Below are positions 46,276 through 55,452 of a stretch of 64,000 nt of DNA, in pieces. The notes under the pieces were generated by a model that was given only the letters and a program-made list of their open reading frames with translations, searched no databases and was not told where the DNA came from. A program made the position numbers and the translations under genes. Source of the stretch: a virus (Duplodnaviria; Caudoviricetes); IMG/VR virus record IMGVR_UViG_3300034989_000047, positions 1 to 64,000 of that record. One strand, written 5' to 3'. The number at the start of each line of letters is the position of its first letter. Within the stretch, counting starts at the first letter, position 1.

Positions 46276-48186
46276 ATGGCTGCAAAAATAAATATCGAAA
46301 TCACAGGGTTTCCTCTAGGCAGTCCGGGTGAAAGTGAAATTCATCCCTATTCTGTGATTGAAAGTTCTTCTCCTCTGATTAATCTTTCGCTGACTGATGA
46401 CACGGGGGTAAACCAATATTTTTGGTCTTTTGTTTCTAGACCCTTAGGGTCTACGGTGACCCTGGTTAACGCCACGTCACCCATAGCGAGTTTCAATCCG
46501 GATATAGGTCTTGCTGGAACGTATATTGTTCAGTGCTCACTGAATAATGGCGCAACCATTTTGACTAATGGGGTTGCTTTCACGACAGAAGTTATGGAAG
46601 TTCGAATACCCAGCGCAAAAGAGACCAAGGAGTTCGATGCCTATGCGGGATGGGACCCGGCTTTACAGGATTTCATGCGCAAAGTCGACGACGGCATCGG
46701 GGGAATTGGGGCGACCTACTGGGAGCAGTTTGCCGGCAGTCTCATTGGGGGCTCCGGGGTATACCTGAAACCGGCATTGGACGAGAGGGTATCACTTCCA
46801 GCAGGAACCTACAATGAACCTTCACTTGTCTTTGGTGGGGATGCCGATACCGGGTTTTGGCTAAGGACTACAGGGGAGCTCTCATCCACCATTAATGGGC
46901 ATCCAGGGGTAACCCTATATGAAATGTTTGATGGTCTCTATTTGGAAAGCTATGACGTGGATGATTCTCGGTATGAGTTTTATTTGTGTCATTATAAAGA
47001 GTCATCAGCCGGCCCAGCTGCCTTCTACGTAATGGCTATTGGTACAGACGATAATGCAGGGTCAATCCTTAATTTATGGAGCAGGGCAGGATATACTGTT
47101 GGAAGTAGTTATGTTGAGGTAGCTGCTTATGATGGGACAGATACGCATGTCGGGGTTAGTGCCTATAATAGTTCAGGGTATACCAGTTCAATTTCTATCC
47201 TGGCTATAGCGGAAGACATAACAAGCGTTAATGTTCACTCTCGTTGTATGGGTACCGAGTGGTCTTATCTACAGATTACATCCGAGTCGATATTTGGAGG
47301 GGCATCTCTAGTACTGTCGTGCAAGGGTAAAGCCGGAGCTTCGGTGGATGAGGGCAGAATACAAATAGGTGAGAGTAATACGGGTAAGATTACCTTCTGG
47401 AATGCTGATATTTATGCGGCTCCGTCTTGGCCGGGTGATTATGTTTACCTAATCGATGATTTCACGGAAATGGATGATTATTATAGTGCTTTTGGGGAGG
47501 TATCTCTTATTAACGCCATAGTCCAAGCATCGACCACGGGATTTAGCGTTTCGGGTTTAACAGAAGATCAAATAGTTTTCGGGGCTCCGAGTGGGGCGCT
47601 CGATCAGTCTCCGGATTTCATGTTAACTGATACTTTAAGGTTTAAGGTAGCTGCCGATTCAATTGTTTCGTATGATTATTCAAGCGTGTTTGGTAGGTAT
47701 GTAAATTCTGAGTTTTCAGGAGCCCAGTTTGTCGCCTACTCTAGGCGAGGTACAGATACTGGCTCTGCTCAGGTCGCTGATAATTTAGTCTTAGTTTGTG
47801 AAACTACTGGGGATGATACGGCATCATTTCGGTTAGTTTCTGGGGGTACGGATAATCCTATAAAGCTTTCAGAGAATCGGGTTATGGCTTTTAAGGTTAA
47901 AGTAGTATCTTCTGGGGTAGACACAAGTACAGGAGTTCGGGTGCAAGAACGTCATGTGCTTTTTTGGAATAGTTCTGTAAATTCCTGGGATTGGGGGCCG
48001 GCGGCTACAGTCATTAATGATAGGTCTACTTGGGCGTCTTCTATTGGGGTTTATATGGGGGGTGTTGACGGAGAGTTTGGATTATCGATAGCAGTTACCG
48101 GAACAAGTGGAAATCCGAATATTTTTCATGTGGCTTATGTTACTGAAATGGTTATAGCTCAAACGGCGTACAATGCGAGTAGTTAA
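46276..48186 (+). CDS. Tail fibre / receptor-binding protein with N-terminal PKD-like domain
   Basis: YFWSFVSRPLGS..ASFNPD..GTYIVQ; PAGTYNEPSLVFGGDADTGFW fibre motif. Confidence 0.7.
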   Translation: MAAKINIEITGFPLGSPGESEIHPYSVIESSSPLINLSLTDDTGVNQYFWSFVSRPLGSTVTLVNATSPIASFNPDIGLAGTYIVQCSLNNGATILTNGVAFTTEVMEVRIPSAKETKEFDAYAGWDPALQDFMRKVDDGIGGIGATYWEQFAGSLIGGSGVYLKPALDERVSLPAGTYNEPSLVFGGDADTGFWLRTTGELSSTINGHPGVTLYEMFDGLYLESYDVDDSRYEFYLCHYKESSAGPAAFYVMAIGTDDNAGSILNLWSRAGYTVGSSYVEVAAYDGTDTHVGVSAYNSSGYTSSISILAIAEDITSVNVHSRCMGTEWSYLQITSESIFGGASLVLSCKGKAGASVDEGRIQIGESNTGKITFWNADIYAAPSWPGDYVYLIDDFTEMDDYYSAFGEVSLINAIVQASTTGFSVSGLTEDQIVFGAPSGALDQSPDFMLTDTLRFKVAADSIVSYDYSSVFGRYVNSEFSGAQFVAYSRRGTDTGSAQVADNLVLVCETTGDDTASFRLVSGGTDNPIKLSENRVMAFKVKVVSSGVDTSTGVRVQERHVLFWNSSVNSWDWGPAATVINDRSTWASSIGVYMGGVDGEFGLSIAVTGTSGNPNIFHVAYVTEMVIAQTAYNASS

Positions 48187-48939
48187 ATGAAGATAGAGAA
48201 TGCTAAAATTCGGTGTATAAATCTTGAACGGTCACATAAGAGGTGGATAGATATTGTCACATTATTTGGCGATAAAGTGGTACGGATTGACGCCGTAGAC
48301 GGGATGCAGTTTGCTTCAGGTGAGTGGGACCGTATGGGCAAGCCTTGCTGGGCTGAACTCCCTCTCGATGTGACTACAAGGTATTTTGAAATGTACCCTA
48401 CCACCTATGGCTGTAATCTTTCTCATATTAAGTCATGGGAGCACTTTTTAAACGGCGATGAAGAGTGGGGAATCTTTGTGGAAGATGATACTATGCCTAT
48501 CAAGGATATTTTATCGGTAGATATTCCCGATGACTGTGACTTCTTCTATCTTATTGGGCCTGACCATCCGGGTTACCGTATAGGGTTATTCCCTGATGGG
48601 CAAGTGCGGTTTGCCCGGACGTTGGGGGCGTATTTAATGTCTCGCAAAGCTGCTGAACTGGCTATACGGGCTATGAATACCCATTATTATCAGGCCGACA
48701 CCCAAGTGCCGATTAGAATTTTTGACTCTATGAAACATCATAAAATAAAAGTGCCGAATTGGGCGGACTTGCCCAGGGTAAAAGCCTATGGGCCTACTGA
48801 GTCTATAGTGGGTCATTCTGAGCACGCAGAGTTGTCAACGTTTACGATTGATGGCAAAAAGAATTGGATACCAGATGAGCTAAAGAGTATAAAGTATACC
48901 AGTCATCAAAGGAGGCACCATGATAGTAATTACAAATAA
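48187..48939 (+). CDS. Glycosyltransferase family 25
   Basis: INLERSHKRW, RIDAVDG, GCNLSHIKSW, VEDD, GAYLMSRKAA. Confidence 0.88.
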   Translation: MKIENAKIRCINLERSHKRWIDIVTLFGDKVVRIDAVDGMQFASGEWDRMGKPCWAELPLDVTTRYFEMYPTTYGCNLSHIKSWEHFLNGDEEWGIFVEDDTMPIKDILSVDIPDDCDFFYLIGPDHPGYRIGLFPDGQVRFARTLGAYLMSRKAAELAIRAMNTHYYQADTQVPIRIFDSMKHHKIKVPNWADLPRVKAYGPTESIVGHSEHAELSTFTIDGKKNWIPDELKSIKYTSHQRRHHDSNYK

Positions 48940-49447
48940 TCAATTGGCTGTAGTTAGCGCAGTGTTCGATAAGCTCGGAAACACAACCGATGAGGTTTCG
49001 CGGTGGGAGTTTGCAGTTAGGATTTGTAAGTTTAAACCGTTTGTTGATGCATTAAACGAAGCCAGAAAACCATCCGAAGGGGCAAAGAGATTCCAGGATA
49101 GACTACAGGGTTTGGCCATGAAACACGGGTCTGTCGTTGAAGAAGTTAATGGGTTTCGTAGATATGAAATTCCCGAGGGGACAAAGGGTGCATTTGCTCG
49201 GGAGCAAGAAATTCTCCGGAAGGAGTATGCATCTGAGTTTCAGGAGTTTGTTAAGCACCAAGAAAACTTGAGAACGCTCGGGAATAAAGAAATAGAGTTG
49301 GACATAGAGCCGATAAAGTATGAATGGTGTGATAACCTGATTAATGCTAAGGAGGTCGCTTTCCTTATGGGATTGGGGCTGATAACGGCCAGTGTTCAAG
49401 AAGACGCTAAAAATGTACCCAACGTTATGCGCAAAGTAGGAGGTTGA
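48920..49447 (+). CDS. Hypothetical protein (possible fibre chaperone)
   Basis: AAGGAGG RBS; helical and charged. Confidence 0.6.
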   Translation: MIVITNNQLAVVSAVFDKLGNTTDEVSRWEFAVRICKFKPFVDALNEARKPSEGAKRFQDRLQGLAMKHGSVVEEVNGFRRYEIPEGTKGAFAREQEILRKEYASEFQEFVKHQENLRTLGNKEIELDIEPIKYEWCDNLINAKEVAFLMGLGLITASVQEDAKNVPNVMRKVGG

Positions 49448-49448
49448 A

Positions 49449-50684
49449 TTGCTCGGATGGGGCATTCAGTATTGGGGCATAGACTACTGGGGTGGTATAG
49501 GGCCTACTTTAGACGAAGGGTTTGGAGAGTTTCAGTTCAGGGTGGTGGCTATGTCCCAAGGGTACACCATAAAGGTTACTCTAACCACTCCGGATGCGGC
49601 TGATAGCCCCCAGTGGTCTCGAAGGTTTATGATTCTTCGTAAGAGTAACGAATGGTCGCAGGCGGTCGATGATACGAATGTCTTTGTTATTTCTGATGTA
49701 GTTGATTTGGGGTCTACTGAGTATTCATTCTTGGATCCTGATTTGGTTGCGGGCAAGGACTACTACTATCGGCTGTTTCTTTTGGGTACAGATGGGATTT
49801 GGTATTCAAGTCGAGCTGAAATGGATTCGGCTTACCCCTATGAGCGGTGGGGGAGTGCGAAGTCAATGTATATGAGCCTTCCTAGGGGATGGAGGTCTCA
49901 TGACGAAACCCAAGATTTGTACAACTTTGTGGAAATGTTCGGCGCGGTTGCGGACAATCTCAAGACCGATTGTGAATACTTAAAGACTCTGTTTTCTATC
50001 TACGATGTTCATGAAGATTTACTCCCGATAGCGGACAGCAAGATTGGGTGGCCAACTTGGATTCAAGCCGGAGGGGTTCATAAAAGGCGGGATTCGGCGA
50101 ATGCTGTTGAGACGTATAAGCGGTTAGGAACTGAGTATGGGTATAGCCAGCTTTTTGCATCTGTTACAGATTGGGAGTTTACTCTCACTTCCGGGTGGAA
50201 GTACCTTTTTTGGTCGAACAGTGCCTATAGCACCACTCCGGATTTAACTGATCCTGATTTATTGGCCGATGTAGGCGGAGTCGGTGACCTCCTTCGGTAT
50301 ACGAACGATCCCTCTAGGTGGCAGTCTTATACCGGATTGGGATTTTATTTGACGGAGATACCCGGAGTTACAGGCCCGTTCACACAAGCTATGTGGGATA
50401 GAATTCTATTTCTTATCGAGTGGGGGAAAGCCTCTTACGTAGTGTATGAGGTTCGGATTGTCCCGATATCGGAAGAAGAATATTTAGCGGACTGGGTACT
50501 CGATGAAGCTTTGGAGCCCCTTATTGCGTTTATCGAGCGTAGCGTGAGTTCTGAGTTGGACGAAGAAGACGCCCCCTATTCTCCGGATTTACTTGTGTTT
50601 ACGTCGAATACTGCGGTGTGCATAACGAACACAGATTATAGTCGGGTATGGCATAGTTATCTAAGTTTTGATTTTCCTCCATAG
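49449..50684 (+). CDS. Baseplate wedge / tail protein I-like with FN3-like N-terminus
   Basis: LP..W...D..DLYNF; LLPIADSKIGW; YKRLGT.YG. Confidence 0.65.
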   Translation: MLGWGIQYWGIDYWGGIGPTLDEGFGEFQFRVVAMSQGYTIKVTLTTPDAADSPQWSRRFMILRKSNEWSQAVDDTNVFVISDVVDLGSTEYSFLDPDLVAGKDYYYRLFLLGTDGIWYSSRAEMDSAYPYERWGSAKSMYMSLPRGWRSHDETQDLYNFVEMFGAVADNLKTDCEYLKTLFSIYDVHEDLLPIADSKIGWPTWIQAGGVHKRRDSANAVETYKRLGTEYGYSQLFASVTDWEFTLTSGWKYLFWSNSAYSTTPDLTDPDLLADVGGVGDLLRYTNDPSRWQSYTGLGFYLTEIPGVTGPFTQAMWDRILFLIEWGKASYVVYEVRIVPISEEEYLADWVLDEALEPLIAFIERSVSSELDEEDAPYSPDLLVFTSNTAVCITNTDYSRVWHSYLSFDFPP

Positions 50685-50704
50685 AGGTTTAAAAAGAGGT
50701 CGTA

Positions 50705-51229
50705 ATGAAAATTGTAGGTCGATGGCAGGATGTTTATAGGTATTCGAACGGGCAGGTCACCCCGGGGAGAGCCGGAGAGTTTGTCTGGGGGTTTAACCAG
50801 ATACAGAATTCTTTTCGGACGTTGTTGGCTTGTTGGGCTCGAGAAGAGTCTGGGTATGGACGTATCGGGTTCATGGGGATTGGTACGGGGTTACCGGGCT
50901 GGGACACCACACCTCCGGTTCAGAGCTACGACCAAAGCACTCTAGAGGCAGAGTATTATCGGTTGACGATTCCCCAAGGGGAAATCATTTTTATTGACCC
51001 GAGTACTGGGTCACCCGCAGGGAGTCCCACCAATAAGTTAGAAATCACCGTTATCATCGGGTATTCGGCGGCCAACGGCACAATGCGAGAATTCGGTCTG
51101 TTCGGGGGAACGGCCACATCCACTTTGGATACCGGCGAAATGGTGAATTGGATTGTGCATGATAGGATCGACAAAACATCAGGTTTTGAAATTCAACGAA
51201 AAGTCAGAATTGAGTTTGTTACCCAGTAG
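50705..51229 (+). CDS. Fibre-attachment / collar protein
   Basis: MGIGTG, LEAEYYR, ANGTMREFGLFGG, IDKTS. Confidence 0.65.
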   Translation: MKIVGRWQDVYRYSNGQVTPGRAGEFVWGFNQIQNSFRTLLACWAREESGYGRIGFMGIGTGLPGWDTTPPVQSYDQSTLEAEYYRLTIPQGEIIFIDPSTGSPAGSPTNKLEITVIIGYSAANGTMREFGLFGGTATSTLDTGEMVNWIVHDRIDKTSGFEIQRKVRIEFVTQ

Positions 51230-51240
51230 GAGGAGGCATA

Positions 51241-53115
51241 ATGCCAGGCAATGTTCCAAACATAAGTGACGATACTTTCAACTTTATCAAGGAGTATGCA
51301 AAAGTTGTACTTCAACAAGGCGTTCCTATTACCGATGCGGATTGGAATGAGCTTCAGGACATTATTCGTTTGCGAGAAATCCGGCAGAATATTGTAGCTC
51401 TTGGGAATTGCCGGCTTGCAGCAGGAGCTTCGAGTGATACTCCAGGCTTTGTTATCACGGGTACCGGGGCTTCGAACAATTTCACCATTTCAGGAGGGCT
51501 TGCTTGTGTTGATGGGGTTATTGTGCCTTCGCAGCATGGGGTCAGCGAGCCCGGAGACATTGAGTACGATTCTTCTGATAACTATATGATGGAGGGCACG
51601 GTTTCATCGATTGGAGGGGGCAATATTGTTGATGAGCACACATTTTATTCGTCTTTTATGAATGTGGTGAATTGTCGAATCCGAATGACTTCGGGTACTG
51701 AGAGTGGCAATGACTTCGTCATATCAGCTTTAGTGAATGCCACCACGCTAACGTTGAGTGGGGGTACCGGTACGATAGCCCCTGGCGACACCTATCTTAT
51801 GCTGCCTCCAGCGCTTACCACACCGGGCACTATTCGGGTTGACCAGGTTTACATTCAAGCATGGTTTGACGATATAAACGCTGAAGAAGATACTGATTTA
51901 TTGAATCCAGCTTTGGGGTTGGAACCATCGCATCGCAGTAAATTGAGGTCGTGCGTTCGGGTTGCAGAAGGGGGCGTCTCTCCGAGCACCCCTGACCCCT
52001 ATTCCACTGGGGTTCGTTATCTGAATATTGGGTATATTGAGCGCAGTGTTTCGGACGTTATCCTCCCATGGTTTTGCTTCCCGGCTGGAGCCTCTCAGGT
52101 TAAGTCGGGGTTGGGGGGCACCGACTTTTATACCTCTTTACCCATGCTGGTTTGGCGGAATATGGGGAGGAAAAGCGATGCGGAGGTGGATAGTGCCACG
52201 TTCAGCATCTACCAGTGGCAAGGCAGATTCATTCTAGTGAAGGGTGGGTATCTCGAAGCTGATGGGCATGTCTTTGTAGGTACGAGCACAACGTATCCTG
52301 TTTGGTTCGACACCGAGGGGTTTGTGAAGTACGGGTCGGACAACACCCCGGGAGCCGACTTAGGTCTTGCATATCTAGATGACGATACGTGGGATTCTGA
52401 AACTCAGTTTGCTTCCTCCGGACCGATTTTTAAGGGGGGTGAAATAGCGGTCCACAATACCCTAGCTCTTAAGGAGGGTTCTTTTCTCCAACTAGAGGAT
52501 GACGCGCATCTTTTGGGTGACCCCACTGTGTTGGGGGCTAATCCCATGAAGATGTTTGGTGTGGATGCAGGGTATTATTCCCAGATACATTATAATGATA
52601 GCGAAATATGGTGGACATTGAATACCTCCTATGATCGGGCTACTGGGGAGTTCACTTCGGTCGCACCGATTTCGGCGAGTTTTCTTGTTCGGTTCATTGA
52701 AGGGGGTTTTCGCCTAATGTACCATGCTTTTTCCTATACTGCGTGGACAATAGGGGATTGGACAAATGAGGTAATTGTTGACCCGTTGATGGTCCATGCG
52801 AAAGATTTTAACCTGACCCGAGAGTTACAGACGTATATCGTTGATCAGGAAAGAGTTTTTACGCGTAGGATGGGGTTTTTAGCCGTTAGACTTCATCATG
52901 CCATGCAGGGCAAGCATGTGGCGTTGTTCAGGACTGAAGAAAATGCGACGTTGTTTGAGATGATAAGCGGAAACAGCGGGTATTTTTCAATCAATGAAAA
53001 CGAAGCGGGGCGCGTAAATGTCTATCCGGAAGGCTCAGATCAGGTAAGAATTCAGAATAAGCTGACACAGCAAGTTGATATAGGGTATGGTTACATAGAT
53101 ATGACGGGTGTCTAG
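51241..53115 (+). CDS. DUF6519-like tail fibre/baseplate protein
   Basis: N-terminal YAKVVLQQGVPITDADWNE; DTDLLNPALG. Confidence 0.7.
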   Translation: MPGNVPNISDDTFNFIKEYAKVVLQQGVPITDADWNELQDIIRLREIRQNIVALGNCRLAAGASSDTPGFVITGTGASNNFTISGGLACVDGVIVPSQHGVSEPGDIEYDSSDNYMMEGTVSSIGGGNIVDEHTFYSSFMNVVNCRIRMTSGTESGNDFVISALVNATTLTLSGGTGTIAPGDTYLMLPPALTTPGTIRVDQVYIQAWFDDINAEEDTDLLNPALGLEPSHRSKLRSCVRVAEGGVSPSTPDPYSTGVRYLNIGYIERSVSDVILPWFCFPAGASQVKSGLGGTDFYTSLPMLVWRNMGRKSDAEVDSATFSIYQWQGRFILVKGGYLEADGHVFVGTSTTYPVWFDTEGFVKYGSDNTPGADLGLAYLDDDTWDSETQFASSGPIFKGGEIAVHNTLALKEGSFLQLEDDAHLLGDPTVLGANPMKMFGVDAGYYSQIHYNDSEIWWTLNTSYDRATGEFTSVAPISASFLVRFIEGGFRLMYHAFSYTAWTIGDWTNEVIVDPLMVHAKDFNLTRELQTYIVDQERVFTRRMGFLAVRLHHAMQGKHVALFRTEENATLFEMISGNSGYFSINENEAGRVNVYPEGSDQVRIQNKLTQQVDIGYGYIDMTGV

Positions 53116-53171
53116 GCTGTCTAGGCATCGAAGCTGTTGCCCCGGGCTAACGGGGCGTTAGGAGGAAATGC

Positions 53172-53702
53172 ATGGCCAGTACAATGAGTAAGAGGGACAT
53201 TCTTGCTGTGTCTGCCAGTGGTGTAGCTACCAAAAAGCTTCATCAGTGGTTGCAGGATGCCCGAAATGACATGGTGAATTTAGCGGCTGGAGCCGATATC
53301 TATCACCAGGGTATCGATGACGGAGCATTGGAGGGCCGTGCAGACGCGGCCGTAACTCTCGCTTCGGCAATCGAGTTGGCGAATTCTTTGAGGCGAAAGA
53401 TTGTGGCGCATTTTGTCTCCACAGGTCAGGCGGGGGCACACGCAACGGCCGACACGACTAACGTTATCGCGGCGCCGGCGGCGACGGACCAGACTACGTG
53501 TCTCGCATTGGTGAATGAATTGGCGACGGATTTTGATGCGCATTTGGTTGAGACAGGTGTGCATCTCAATGATGATACCGCCAATGCGGTGAGTGGGTCC
53601 GCGGCGACAGATCTCACGACGTTGATCGCGAGAGTAAATTTAGTCAAAGCTAAATACAACCTCCATACGGCGGCGGCTTTGACCTCAGCGTATGTTCTGT
53701 AG
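53172..53702 (+). CDS. Ala-rich virion protein with internal repeat
   Basis: Repeated H..ADT.N....ATD.TT..A.VN segments; AGGAGG RBS. Confidence 0.7.
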   Translation: MASTMSKRDILAVSASGVATKKLHQWLQDARNDMVNLAAGADIYHQGIDDGALEGRADAAVTLASAIELANSLRRKIVAHFVSTGQAGAHATADTTNVIAAPAATDQTTCLALVNELATDFDAHLVETGVHLNDDTANAVSGSAATDLTTLIARVNLVKAKYNLHTAAALTSAYVL

Positions 53703-53711
53703 GAGGAGCAA

Positions 53712-54101
53712 ATGAGTGTATTAAAAGTTGGTTACAATGTTTTTGCAGGGGCTTCGCAGGCAGGGACAAACTCCGGAACCCCCGGTGTGGTTCAGGCAGA
53801 GGTCAATCAGAGCAAAGCTTATTACATGCGGATTGAAGAGCTGACCGGCAATACCTTTTGGGACAAAATCACGAAAGCGTATGTCGCCGGGCCAGTCACT
53901 CAGGCGAACGATATTGAGATTCAGGGGTCCTGCCCCTATTCGGGGTCTCCGAACACCATCCGGAGGCTTTCAGATCGAATCCCCTACGAAGCTCTCGCGG
54001 GGATTGGTGCCGATGGTTGCACCATCACTGTCTATGCCGATGGGGATACACCCGGAGTAGATGGTGTGTCGATTACGCTTGCGTACAAGCCGGATGCATA
54101 G
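53712..54101 (+). CDS. Hypothetical virion protein
   Basis: AGGAGG RBS; last gene before a terminator. Confidence 0.65.
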   Translation: MSVLKVGYNVFAGASQAGTNSGTPGVVQAEVNQSKAYYMRIEELTGNTFWDKITKAYVAGPVTQANDIEIQGSCPYSGSPNTIRRLSDRIPYEALAGIGADGCTITVYADGDTPGVDGVSITLAYKPDA

Positions 54102-54126
54102 TATAAAGAGTCACCTCTAAGCCATG

Positions 54127-54174
54127 GCCCTCTTGTGGTTCTCGCTAACACCCCACAAGAGGGCATCTTTTTTT
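54127..54174 (+). terminator. Rho-independent terminator
   Basis: 12-bp stem GCCCTCTTGTGG / CCACAAGAGGGC followed by a T7 tract. Confidence 0.85.
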
Positions 54175-54197
54175 CAGCTAAAAATTCAGGAGGAGTC

Positions 54198-54584
54198 ATG
54201 GAAACGTTCAAGGAAGCTTGGGAGTTTGTGTCGGAGTCTATTTGGCCGCATTGGATAGGAATATTTTACACTCTCGTGGTATCGGTAACAGCGCAGACGG
54301 TGAAAACCAGGGTTCTAACCTCGGAATATGCTCGAAAATACCGAGTGGTTTTCTGGATACGGAGAGTTTTCCCGCTAACTCTCATAGGGCTAAGCGCTCT
54401 GATTGGGTGCATAGTTCAAAGTGAGGTCGCTCCGGGAGTAACCTCTCTAGGGCACAGAGTATTATATTTTAGTGCATGCGCATGTTTTGCTATAATCGGA
54501 TATGACATTGTAAAGCAATGGGCAAAAAAGAGATACGATGTTGATTTGGATATAGGAGGTAAAGATGTTCTTAAGCTGGATTAA
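54198..54584 (+). CDS. Putative holin (3 TM)
   Basis: Three hydrophobic segments, charged C-terminus, AGGAGG RBS. Confidence 0.55.
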   Translation: METFKEAWEFVSESIWPHWIGIFYTLVVSVTAQTVKTRVLTSEYARKYRVVFWIRRVFPLTLIGLSALIGCIVQSEVAPGVTSLGHRVLYFSACACFAIIGYDIVKQWAKKRYDVDLDIGGKDVLKLD

Positions 54585-54915
54585 GTCAGCTTTTTCTTGG
54601 GTAAAAAAGAATGTGGTGTTAATAGCTGTTGCCGCTGGTGGGGTTATAGCCATGTTGTTTGCCGTATCCCATGAGAAAAGCAAAATTAGAGGCATAGAGC
54701 TTACAAAGGAGATGGAAAAGCTTCAGAGTGATAAAAAGAACATAGAAGCCATTCGTAAACTATATATAGAAGACATTAAAAAAGACTCTATTGAAGTAAA
54801 AATCATTAAAGAAGAAGTCGAGAAAATCGACAGGAAGATTGAGAGGGTTAAAAATGAAGTCAAGCAGCTTGAGCCGTCAGAAGTTGTTAATCGCTTTAAT
54901 AGCCTGTACGGTTAG
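54565..54915 (+). CDS. Putative inner-membrane spanin
   Basis: N-terminal TM followed by a coiled coil; overlaps the next gene. Confidence 0.5.
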   Translation: MFLSWIKSAFSWVKKNVVLIAVAAGGVIAMLFAVSHEKSKIRGIELTKEMEKLQSDKKNIEAIRKLYIEDIKKDSIEVKIIKEEVEKIDRKIERVKNEVKQLEPSEVVNRFNSLYG

Positions 54916-55312
54916 TCTGTCGGCGAGCGCTCAATCCGTAAGGTTGGAGTTTAACGGGAAGTCCGGGGTATGGTTTCCTGATGAGATGAGCAATAGGATT
55001 TTAAGCGATGTAGAAACCGTACCCCTTCTCAAGAAAAAGATTCAGCTACTTGAAGAGAGTCTAAAGTTAAGTGAAAACTCGCTTAATAAAGCTGTAAGTC
55101 TAGAGACGGTCGAGCATGGGCACATGGAGATGCTATATTTAAGCTTGGAGGGGTCTCTCAAAGCACTTGAGGGGGCATGGGAAGAGAATGACAAGCTAAA
55201 GAGGTCTAAGAGTCCGTGGTGGAAGCACCCAGCAGTATGGTTTACGGTTGGGGTTGTGGTAACTTCTGGGATCATGGTCGGAGCTACACAAGTAATAAAA
55301 GTATCTAAGTAG
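54854..55312 (+). CDS. Putative spanin-like envelope protein
   Basis: Signal peptide (LLIALIAC..ASA), coiled coil, C-terminal TM. Confidence 0.45.
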   Translation: MKSSSLSRQKLLIALIACTVSLSASAQSVRLEFNGKSGVWFPDEMSNRILSDVETVPLLKKKIQLLEESLKLSENSLNKAVSLETVEHGHMEMLYLSLEGSLKALEGAWEENDKLKRSKSPWWKHPAVWFTVGVVVTSGIMVGATQVIKVSK

Positions 55313-55318
55313 CACTTC

Positions 55319-55346
55319 TTGACAAAACATCACCTTCAATTACAAT
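55319..55346 (+). promoter_or_regulatory. Sigma70-type promoter
   Basis: TTGACA-N16-TACAAT upstream of the ATPase gene. Confidence 0.65.
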
Positions 55347-55452
55347 TACTGTACATGAAACTTTATTAGGGTTTGTGTAAAGTAAATAGAGTTTATTAGG
55401 TCTATTGCAGGGTATAGGCAGACGGAGAGCTGCATCCCCAGGAAGGTATCGA

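Noticed and set aside
25389-53115. Stand-alone eCIS or tailocin locus
   Set aside because: Linked terminase, portal, capsid and replication genes show it is a phage tail
41848-53115. Diversity-generating retroelement or invertible fibre cassette
   Set aside because: No reverse transcriptase, recombinase or TR/VR-like repeat pair seen
53139-54164. Shared GCTAAC in the loops of two hairpins (53139-53156 and 54127-54164)
   Set aside because: A 6-mer in two sites is too weak to claim a protein-binding RNA motif
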